In this document: positions 1 to 7,297 of the stretch, piece by piece | Layout of the letters: each line of letters begins with the position of its first letter | Numbering within the stretch: the first letter of the stretch is position 1 | Source of the DNA: an archaeon | GTDB lineage: Archaea > EX4484-52 > B79-G9 | Assembly (NCBI GenBank): GCA_043813875.1 | Contig: JBDRKP010000002.1 | Coordinates: 1 to 17,460 of the forward strand | Direction: 5' to 3' | Length of the DNA stretch: 17,460 bases | The notes under the pieces: generated by a model | Told to the model about the DNA's origin: nothing | The model's input: the letters and a program-made list of their open reading frames with translations, nothing else | Databases searched by the model: none | Made by a program: the position numbers and the translations under genes

Positions 1-26
1 TTCAAGAAAACTGCCATTTCTAAAAA

Positions 27-34
27 TATAAATA
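27..34 (+). promoter_or_regulatory. Candidate archaeal TATA box (TATAAATA) for a leaderless transcript of the methyltransferase
   Basis: TATAAATA preceded by an A-run lies 30 to 23 nt before the ATG at 57, the spacing expected for a leaderless archaeal mRNA; no SD is visible. Confidence 0.45.
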
Positions 35-56
35 ACTCAATAATCATCTAGGTCTT

Positions 57-629
57 ATGATGACATTCCTTCGGCAGTTCATACGCCATCCCATTAAGAC
101 GGGGGCGATATCGGGCGCCTCTCTAGAGGTCGCTAATCTTATCGCCAGACAGGAAACTCTTGCCCGCGCAAAAAATGTTGTCGAGCTCGGGTCCGGAACC
201 GGGCGGCTTACGGAAAAAATTCTTGAAAATATCTCAACGGATACGGATTTTTTTGCTGTCGAGATAAACCCTCATTTTGTGAAGGTGACTAAAAAACGGT
301 GCCCTGATGCTATCGTGTATAATGATTCTGCGATAAACATGAAAAAATATCTTCTGCGGCATGGCACTGACGGGTGCGATTGTATCATATCCGGACTGCC
401 GTGGGCGTGGATGGATGTGAATGCGCAAGAAGAGCTGCTGGATACGATTGTGGATGCACTGAATCCTGGCGGCCAGTTCATCGCTTCCGCGTATATGCCT
501 GGGGCATTTTTCACTACGCCTGGCAGAAGGTTCAGGAAGATGCTCAATGGCCGATTCAGGACTGTCAAAAGGTCAAAGATACTGTGGAATAATTTCCCGC
601 CGTATATCGCTTATTTCTGCGAGAAGTAG
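57..629 (+). CDS. Class I SAM-dependent methyltransferase, phospholipid N-methyltransferase (PmtA/COG3963)-like
   Basis: SAM motif VVELGSGTG, acidic post-strand-2 AVEIN, IISGLPW, N-terminal FLRQFIRHPIKTGAI and C-terminal WNNFPP match this family; 190 aa. Confidence 0.8.
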   Translation: MMTFLRQFIRHPIKTGAISGASLEVANLIARQETLARAKNVVELGSGTGRLTEKILENISTDTDFFAVEINPHFVKVTKKRCPDAIVYNDSAINMKKYLLRHGTDGCDCIISGLPWAWMDVNAQEELLDTIVDALNPGGQFIASAYMPGAFFTTPGRRFRKMLNGRFRTVKRSKILWNNFPPYIAYFCEK

Positions 630-848
630 ATTCGATTCAATGATAAATGAAAATGTGAAAATGATTCTATTTCTTGCCATCCTTACCGAGAGTCCGGATA
701 TAGGCGCTCTAAGTTGCGAAAATTATAGCATTTTATTGACAATAATTTTGCAATTATATATATTTTTGATTGCATGTTAGTATAATGCTCAAAAAGATAA
801 AAGAATGGGGTTTAACATATCCAAATAAAAATAATTCTAGGTATCGCC

Positions 849-875
849 TATTCCCAGAGCAGAGCGCTGGGGATA
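849..875. other. GC-rich hairpin upstream of the AlbA_2 gene
   Basis: TATTCCCAGAGC-AGA-GCGCTGGGGATA forms a 12-bp stem with one G-T pair and one mismatch and a 3-nt loop, in an otherwise AT-rich spacer. Confidence 0.5.
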
Positions 876-907
876 TCAACCCTTAACTGGAATCAAGAGG
901 AATAGTA

Positions 908-2266
908 ATGCCATACAAAGAATCCCAGACTGTCGAACTGAAAAAGTCGCTTGCGCACTTAGACGAAGCGCTCAAATCAATCTGCGCTTTCCTCAACCAC
1001 AAGGGCGGAGCAGTCTACTTCGGAATTGACGACAAAGGAAAAGTCATCGGGCTTGACGTTTCAGACCAGACCCTAAGAAAGATATCACACCAGATAAACA
1101 CTCGAATAAAGCCGGAAACTGCGCCTGAAATAAAAGAAATAAAGGAGCAAGGAAAATCCATAATACTGGTGAAAGTCCCTGAAGGGAACAACAAACCATA
1201 TTTCCTGAACGGCATAGCATATACGCGCATAGGGACCGAAAAAAGACCGATACCGCCGGATGAACTTAAGAGAATTATCATCTCCCAGAAAAAAACAACA
1301 TGGGACGAAGAGATATGCGAAGAAGCGACATTAAACGACATAGACGAAGAAACCATGCGATTCTTCCTTAAAGAAGCAAGAATACAAAGAGGTCTGGACA
1401 TCAAGGAAGACGTGCCGATAAAAGAAGCCCTGATGCGCCTGAAACTCCTAAAAGACAGCAAGCCCAGCAATGCATCTATACTGCTTTTTGGCAAAGACCC
1501 GCAGAACTTCTTTCTTCAGTCAGAAATCAAATGCATTAGGTTCAAAGGCACAAACGTAACAGGGCCTATGATAGATTTCAAGGTCATAAAAGGAAATCTC
1601 ATAAACCAGCTAAAGAAGACTGAAGACTTCATATTCGATCATATCCCGATGGCTGCATGGATAGAAGACATGAAGCTGCAAAGGCAGGAAAAATGGCAGT
1701 ATCCTCCAAAAGCCCTAAGGGAAGCCATTGCAAACGCACTTGCGCACAGAAATTACGAATCCGCATCAAAAGTGCAGGTAAGGATTTTTGATGACAGGAT
1801 AGAATTCTGGAACCCCGGCAATCTGCCGGAAGGATGGAGCATTGAGACACTGAAACAAAAGCATGATTCTGTCCCCACAAATCCATTAGTAGCCAAAATA
1901 TTCTTTTTCATAAAATACATTGAAGAAGTAGGGACAGGCACAAACAAAATCGTGGAATGGTGCATCAAATGGGGTCTTCCAGATCCGGAATTTGAATACG
2001 CTGGATCAAGCCTTGTAGTGACAATCCGCCAGACAATGAAATCCGCGGCAATAGATGTCCCGGACTTAAATGACAGGCAGAAAAAAGCCGTTGATTATCT
2101 AAAAGAGAAAGGACATATTAATATAAAAGAATATATGGAGTTATGCTCTTGCTCTGAAAGAACAGCTTTACGAGACATAAAAGATCTGACCGATAAACAT
2201 GTTCTTGCAAGGACAGGCAAAGGCAGGGCAACTTACTATGCCCTGAAACCGCAAATCCCGCCATGA
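908..2266 (+). CDS. AlbA_2 (Schlafen-like) domain + HATPase_c_4 (RecG C-terminal-like) + C-terminal winged HTH protein (COG2865 type)
   Basis: N-terminal ESQTVELK...ICAFLNHKGGAVYFGIDD (AlbA_2); YPPKALREAIANALAHRNY, DRIEFWNPG, NPLVA and IEEVGTG (HATPase_c_4); LNDRQKKAVDYL...CSERTALRDIKDL...GKGRATYY (DeoR-like wHTH); GAGG upstream of the ATG. Confidence 0.88.
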   Translation: MPYKESQTVELKKSLAHLDEALKSICAFLNHKGGAVYFGIDDKGKVIGLDVSDQTLRKISHQINTRIKPETAPEIKEIKEQGKSIILVKVPEGNNKPYFLNGIAYTRIGTEKRPIPPDELKRIIISQKKTTWDEEICEEATLNDIDEETMRFFLKEARIQRGLDIKEDVPIKEALMRLKLLKDSKPSNASILLFGKDPQNFFLQSEIKCIRFKGTNVTGPMIDFKVIKGNLINQLKKTEDFIFDHIPMAAWIEDMKLQRQEKWQYPPKALREAIANALAHRNYESASKVQVRIFDDRIEFWNPGNLPEGWSIETLKQKHDSVPTNPLVAKIFFFIKYIEEVGTGTNKIVEWCIKWGLPDPEFEYAGSSLVVTIRQTMKSAAIDVPDLNDRQKKAVDYLKEKGHINIKEYMELCSCSERTALRDIKDLTDKHVLARTGKGRATYYALKPQIPP

Positions 2267-2305
2267 ATCCCGCCAAATCCCGCCATGAATCCCGCCAAAT
2301 CCCGC
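2253..2305 (+). repeat. Tandem repeat: 22-bp unit AAATCCCGCCATGAATCCCGCC x2.4 (five AATCCCGC cores)
   Basis: Units at 2253-2274 and 2275-2296, partial at 2297-2305; cores start at 2254, 2266, 2276, 2288 and 2298; the AlbA_2 stop codon lies in the first unit. Confidence 0.95.
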
Positions 2306-2417
2306 AAAACGACCTTGGTTGTTACGAGAATATTGCCGGTATTTATTCAAAATCAAGCAATATCTATCCGATTCCTTTTGTGAAGCATACACAATTGGGT
2401 CTGCCTGAAATAATGAA

Positions 2418-3464
2418 TTATACTTTACTTTCAGGGAAAAGCTTGCTCCATTCGCGCTTTTCGCGGGTTTTCCAGTCGCCTTTGTGGTAGACTGCGCTTA
2501 TGATCAATGGCAGCACTGATGTCGCTTCTGCAAAGACCATCTGCTCAAAGACCGTGTCGACCTTGCCCCATGAGCTTGCTTCTTTCAATGTTGAGCTTGA
2601 GCATGCGCCGTCTCTTGAGTCTGCGACGGTTATCTGGACAGCGTATTTGTGGACCGGGACGTCTATACCCAGGACCTCTGCGCACACCACTGTGTCCTGT
2701 GCGAAGTTTTTCGGGACGCCGCCCCCTATCATGAAGAGGCCGGAGGTCTTTGCTTTTATCTTGATCTCTGTCAGTTCGCTGAAGTCTTTGACTGAGTCTA
2801 TCGATACGTGGCTATCTTTTTTCTCATGCTGGTGGAGGACGAGGCCGAAGCCTGCGCTTGAGTCTGTGAATGCCGGACAGAATATGGGGACGTTGTTCTC
2901 GTATGCTGCCTGCACTAGCGAGTCTTTTTTCTTTGAATGTATGGACAGGTATTCGCCCATCTTTTTTATGAACTCGCGTGATGAGTAGGGGCGGGGATGC
3001 AGGGAATCTGCTATCTCTTTTATTGTCCTGTCGCAGGCCTGGAGCTCTTCTTCGTCGATGTAGGTGTCGTAGATCCTGTCGATGTATAGTTTTCGAAGCA
3101 ATTTGTCGTCTGCGTAGGGGGTGCCTTTGTAATGGCGGTAGCCGAGGGCCTCGAAGAAGTCCATGTCGACGATGGTCGCGCCTGTCGCTACGATGACGTC
3201 TATCATCCTGTTCTTTACCATGTCGACGTAGACCTGCATGCAGCCGGCTGCGCTTGTGCTGCCAGCTATGCAGAGTATTATAGTGCATTCGCGGTCGTTG
3301 ATCATCCGCTCTAGTATCTCTTCTGCTCTTGCGGTATCTCTTGCTGTGAATGACATGTCTTTCATGGCGCCGATTATCTTGCCTGAGTCGAATGACTTTA
3401 TGTCTATGTGCTTTACCGGGTCTTTCAGCAGATCTTTCTTCTTTAGTTTCCTTTCGTCCATCAT
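2418..3464 (-). CDS. dhs: Deoxyhypusine synthase-like protein, bacterial-type clade (probable homospermidine-pathway enzyme, SpeY-like)
   Basis: IDRIYDTYIDEE, PIFCPAFTDSSAG, IGGGVPKNF, YAVQITVAD and EASSWGKV with the catalytic Lys retained; begins 4 nt after the speB stop, with GGTGA (3469-3473, minus strand) overlapping that stop. Confidence 0.9.
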   Translation of the reverse strand: MMDERKLKKKDLLKDPVKHIDIKSFDSGKIIGAMKDMSFTARDTARAEEILERMINDRECTIILCIAGSTSAAGCMQVYVDMVKNRMIDVIVATGATIVDMDFFEALGYRHYKGTPYADDKLLRKLYIDRIYDTYIDEEELQACDRTIKEIADSLHPRPYSSREFIKKMGEYLSIHSKKKDSLVQAAYENNVPIFCPAFTDSSAGFGLVLHQHEKKDSHVSIDSVKDFSELTEIKIKAKTSGLFMIGGGVPKNFAQDTVVCAEVLGIDVPVHKYAVQITVADSRDGACSSSTLKEASSWGKVDTVFEQMVFAEATSVLPLIISAVYHKGDWKTREKREWSKLFPESKV

Positions 3465-3468
3465 ATTA

Positions 3469-4317
3469 TCACCTGAACCTGTAACTTAATATAGCATATA
3501 TGAGTTTCGCTGCCAGAAAGTCGGGCGCCTTGTTGTGAATGTTCGGGCAGAGCTCGACAATGTCAAATCCTATGACCTGTTTTTTTTCTATGACTTCTTT
3601 CAGAAGCGAGAGGACGTCATACCATAAAAGGCCGCCGGGCTCCGGCGTTCCTGTGGAGGGCATGACGGAGGGGTCGAATACGTCCAGGTCTATCGTTATG
3701 TAGACCTTGTCTTTTAGGAGGGGGAGGACATGCTGTATCCAGTCTCTTTTATCATGGATGTCTTTTGCGAAGAAGACGTTATTCCTGTCCATGAACTCTA
3801 TCTCTTCGGCGTCCATGCTTCTTATGCCGACCTGGACAATCGGGCATAGCTCTTTTGCTCTTGCCATGACGCATGCGTGATTGTATGTCGAGCCCTCGTA
3901 TTCGGGCCTCAGGTCCGAGTGGGCATCGAGCTGGAGAACGGAGATGTTATTGTGGAGGTCCTTGTGAGCCTGTATGGCGCCCAGGCTTACGGAATGCTCG
4001 CCGCCGATGACGACTACGAACTTATCGTTCTTCAGGTGGTCTTCTACTCTTCTTTTTACTGCACTTATCATCGCTTCGGGGCTTGAGCTCTCTTTGAGTG
4101 GCGCGTCTGTGAATATGCCTTTTTCGCATACTGACGTGTCTGTGTCTATGTCGTAAAGCTCCATGTTCGCTGATGCCTCTATTATCGCGCCAGGACCCTT
4201 ATCTGCTCCCTTTATCCATGTGCTTGTCGCGTCATAGGGGACAGGGAGTATCACTATGGGGGAATTTTTGCCTGAATAATCTTTTGGCAGGCCGCCGTAA
4301 TTTTTTGTTGTTGACAT
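3469..4317 (-). CDS. speB: Agmatinase (agmatine ureohydrolase)
   Basis: Ureohydrolase metal motifs GGEHSVS, DAHSDLR and DLDVFDPSVMPSTGTPEPGG; N-terminal PVPYDATSTW...GPGAIIEAS; adjacent to speA. Confidence 0.95.
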   Translation of the reverse strand: MSTTKNYGGLPKDYSGKNSPIVILPVPYDATSTWIKGADKGPGAIIEASANMELYDIDTDTSVCEKGIFTDAPLKESSSPEAMISAVKRRVEDHLKNDKFVVVIGGEHSVSLGAIQAHKDLHNNISVLQLDAHSDLRPEYEGSTYNHACVMARAKELCPIVQVGIRSMDAEEIEFMDRNNVFFAKDIHDKRDWIQHVLPLLKDKVYITIDLDVFDPSVMPSTGTPEPGGLLWYDVLSLLKEVIEKKQVIGFDIVELCPNIHNKAPDFLAAKLIYAILSYRFR

Positions 4318-4627
4318 GTGAAATCCTCTTTATCTTGTTCTCTTTATGTATTCTATTTTTATCTTTCTTATTTTCGTATATCTTTAAATATTTCTTTTTA
4401 TCTGAACTTTTGCGTTTTTTGCATTGAAATGGCGATTATAGAGTCAATGTATGACGTTTTTTTAGAATAAACAGGAACATAAGGAGCGTTCAGGTAATAT
4501 CGAGAGCAATAGGTCTTATTGGTTCAAAAAATGCAAAAGTCTGGTTTTTGAAAACAATAAAAAAATAGAAAGATTAAAATGTTTAATTGTGTCTAAATAA
4601 CTATTCTTAATATACAAGGATTTCACA
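4317..4627. promoter_or_regulatory. Divergent speB/speA promoter region with two concentric inverted-repeat pairs
   Basis: TGTGAAATCCT (4317-4327) / AGGATTTCACA (4617-4627) match 11/11; ACTTTTGCGTTTTTTG (4406-4421) / CAAAAAATGCAAAAGT (4525-4540) match 15/16; both pairs are centred at about 4472-4473. Confidence 0.7.
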
Positions 4628-4628
4628 G

Positions 4629-6551
4629 ATGAAGATGAACAAAAAAAAGAACATCGGTAACGGCGGCGGATGGAAAAACGAGGACTCAAAAGAGTTGTAC
4701 TACATCGATAACTGGGGCAATGGCTATTTTGATATCAACAGGAAGGGCAACCTCATCGTCAGGCCTGATAAGGAAAACCATAAAGTAGAGATTCTTGAGG
4801 TCATCGAGCATCTCAAAAAGAACAAGATAAAGACGCCCGTGATCCTCAGGTTCCCGCAGATCATCGAGAGCAGGATTTCTGAATTATATAATTCTTTCGG
4901 ACGGTCCATCAAGGAGTTCGGCTATAAGGGGACATACAAGGGCGTGTTTCCGCTGAAGGTGAACCAGCGCAAGGATGTCATCGAGGAGATCGTGAGGATC
5001 GGCAAGCAGCATGATTACGGGCTCGAGGCCGGCAGCAAACCGGAAGTCATAGAGAGCATGTATTTCAAACTCAGCGAAGATTCTCTTTTCATCTGCAACG
5101 GCTACAAGGACCAGAATTATATCAAGACCGCCCTCTACGCTTCCCTTTACAGGAAAAACACGATAATCGTCATCGATCAGCTGGATGAGATCCATGGCAT
5201 AATAAAGCTTTCAAAGAAACTCAAGATAAAGCCGAATCTCGGGGTACGGCTTCGGCTCTATTCGAAGGGCAGCGGCAAGTGGGTGGAGTCCGGCGGGGAG
5301 GCATCCAAGTTCGGGCTGACGACGGGCGAGCTGCTTACTGCGATCGATATCATGAAGGAGAATGATATGATCGCGAACCTCAAGATGCTGCATTTCCATA
5401 TCGGCTCGCAGATAACCGAGATCAGGAGAATACAGAATGCCGTCATGGAGGCGTCAAGGATCTATGCGAAGGTCAAGAAGCTTGCAAAGGAGCTTGAGTA
5501 TTTCAATATCGGAGGGGGTCTTGGGGTAGACTATGACGGGAGCAAGACGTCGTCGGATGCGAGCGCCAATTATTCTATGCAGGAGTATGCGAATAATGTG
5601 GTGTATACTTTAAAGGAGATATGCGATGTGGAAAAAATAGACCACCCGACAATCGTCTCTGAGAGCGGGAGAGCGATCGTCGTGTATCATTCGATGCTTG
5701 TCACCAATGTCGCATATGAGAAGACCATCATACATGACTGGGATTTCGAGGTGACTGAAAAGGATCCGCACATCATCCAGAAATTCTATACATGCTTCAA
5801 GGAGATCAGCGTCAAGAATTACAGGGAGTATTACCATGACAGCCTCGAGTACAAGGAGGAACTTCTGAACATGTTCAATCTCGGGCAGCTTGATCTAGAT
5901 GACAAGGCAAAGGGTGAGGCGCTTTTCTGCAAGATATGCCAGAAAATCATGAGATTTATCCAGCAGACTGAGGATGAGTCTGAGGAGTTCGATTATGTGA
6001 AGAAACTGATGTCGAAGAGATATATCACCAATTTCTCGGTGTTCCAGTCGACGCCGGATTTCTGGGCCATCGACCAGCTGTTTCCTATAGTGCCGATACA
6101 GAGGCTCAACGAGGAGCCACACACTTCAGGCATCATTCTTGATATCACATGCGATTCTGACGGCGAGATCGATAAGTTCGTGGATATGAAGGATGTGAAG
6201 GAGCGACTCGAATTGCATTCACGTGACAGGCAGCCGTATTATATCGCGATCCTGCTTCTTGGCGCGTACCAGGACACTCTCGGTGATATGCATAACCTGT
6301 TCGGGGCGGCAAATGAGGCTATCGTTGTCGCCAATGAGGACGGGGGATGGGAGATAGTGAAGATCAACAAGGGCGATTCTGTCAATTCCGTTCTTTCCAT
6401 GATGCAGTTCAACAGGCAGGCCATCATCAAGAGCATCGAGTCTTCTGTGCAGAAATCGGTCGATGACGAGTCTATCAGCCCGCAGATGGCTAGAAGCATC
6501 ATGAATAACATGAAAAAAGAGATAAATGATTATACTTATCCGGATTTCTGA
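4629..6551 (+). CDS. speA: Biosynthetic PLP-dependent arginine decarboxylase
   Basis: VFPLKVNQ (PLP Lys), GLEAGSKPE, LHFHIGSQI, GGGLGVDYDG, ESGRA, DITCDSDG and GAYQDTLGDMHNLFG; 640 aa, the size of full-length SpeA. Confidence 0.96.
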   Translation: MKMNKKKNIGNGGGWKNEDSKELYYIDNWGNGYFDINRKGNLIVRPDKENHKVEILEVIEHLKKNKIKTPVILRFPQIIESRISELYNSFGRSIKEFGYKGTYKGVFPLKVNQRKDVIEEIVRIGKQHDYGLEAGSKPEVIESMYFKLSEDSLFICNGYKDQNYIKTALYASLYRKNTIIVIDQLDEIHGIIKLSKKLKIKPNLGVRLRLYSKGSGKWVESGGEASKFGLTTGELLTAIDIMKENDMIANLKMLHFHIGSQITEIRRIQNAVMEASRIYAKVKKLAKELEYFNIGGGLGVDYDGSKTSSDASANYSMQEYANNVVYTLKEICDVEKIDHPTIVSESGRAIVVYHSMLVTNVAYEKTIIHDWDFEVTEKDPHIIQKFYTCFKEISVKNYREYYHDSLEYKEELLNMFNLGQLDLDDKAKGEALFCKICQKIMRFIQQTEDESEEFDYVKKLMSKRYITNFSVFQSTPDFWAIDQLFPIVPIQRLNEEPHTSGIILDITCDSDGEIDKFVDMKDVKERLELHSRDRQPYYIAILLLGAYQDTLGDMHNLFGAANEAIVVANEDGGWEIVKINKGDSVNSVLSMMQFNRQAIIKSIESSVQKSVDDESISPQMARSIMNNMKKEINDYTYPDF

Positions 6552-6778
6552 TGAGCGGCTCTTGTGGTGACATCTGCTTTTAGCTTATCGAAAGAAAGAT
6601 ATCATTGTTTGTAGAAATCATATCCATTCTTAAAAAATATACGATTATATCTCTGGTTCTTTAATATCTCCTCTATGACATAATCTCCACGAACAGGGTT
6701 CAGGTCTGATTCAAAGACGACGCAGTTTTGTGGTGGTCCGAAAAGCTTTTCGAATATCTCGACATCTGTGGTATTGAG

Positions 6779-6828
6779 AAACTTAACGCCGTTAAATTTA
6801 TAAAAATACTTAACGATTGTTAAGTATT
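6779..6828. promoter_or_regulatory. Two related palindromic operator candidates around a TATA box upstream of the regulator-iscSU cluster
   Basis: AAACTTAAC-GCC-GTTAAATTT (6779-6799, 8/9 arms), TTTATAAA (6797-6804), and AATACTTAAC-GATT-GTTAAGTATT (6805-6828, perfect 10-bp arms). Confidence 0.65.
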
Positions 6829-6925
6829 GGGTGCCAGAAGTCATTGGCAAATTGGCGGCAATCAGATATTAATAATTTAAGATTCAGAATATCCAATATA
6901 AATTCATTATATTTATGGTGATCAT

Positions 6926-7297
6926 ATGAAAGTCCCTTGTGAGCTTATCGTGTGGCATATACTGCCTTCTATCAGGAAGGAGTTCGCGCGCACTCTTGTC
7001 GAGGATCTTCATCTCACCCAGAGAGAGGCTGCAAAAAGGCTTGGAGTGACCGAGTCTGCGGTCTCGCAGTACCTCAAGTCCAAAAGGGGGGATGAGATCA
7101 AATTCAGCAAGGATATCAATGAGAAGATAGGCGGGTCCATAAAGGATATATCAATCGCTGATGACAACGCGACCATGATAAAGAAGATCTGCTCTGTGTG
7201 CAGGATGATCAAAAACCAGGGAGAACTGTGCGATATGCATAAGTCCCATGACGAGCATCTGAAGGGCTGCAATGCATGTATGGAGGAATCCAGATGA
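6926..7297 (+). CDS. Archaeal Cys-rich HTH transcriptional regulator (COG2522 type)
   Basis: MKVPCE...LPSIRKEFARTL...TQREAAKRLGVTESAVSQYLKSKRG is the family HTH signature; C5, C89xxC92, C102xxH105 and C115xxC118; GGTGA SD at 6917-6921. Confidence 0.88.
   Translation: MKVPCELIVWHILPSIRKEFARTLVEDLHLTQREAAKRLGVTESAVSQYLKSKRGDEIKFSKDINEKIGGSIKDISIADDNATMIKKICSVCRMIKNQGELCDMHKSHDEHLKGCNACMEESR

Noticed and set aside
2253..2305. Possible CRISPR array
   Set aside because: The units are contiguous with no unique spacers, the repeat is too short, and no cas genes are present.
2263..2490. 75-aa plus-strand ORF starting in the tandem repeat
   Set aside because: Its ATG is created by the repeat unit, it runs antisense into dhs, and it has no protein-like features.
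4240..4435. Lys-rich open frame on the minus strand upstream of and into speB (possible leader peptide)
   Set aside because: There is no start codon after the preceding TAA; the openness is explained by purine-rich low-complexity DNA.
6602..6850. 82-aa minus-strand ORF between speA and the regulator
   Set aside because: It has a TTG start without an SD, an in-frame stop seven codons upstream and no recognisable motif, and it overlaps the palindromes and TATA box of the downstream operon. It could be a gene remnant but cannot be supported.
7276..7293. ORF-track start of iscS at 7276
   Set aside because: ATG 7294 fits the family N-terminus (MKRIYFDHAATT), follows GGAGG and forms an ATGA overlap with the regulator stop.
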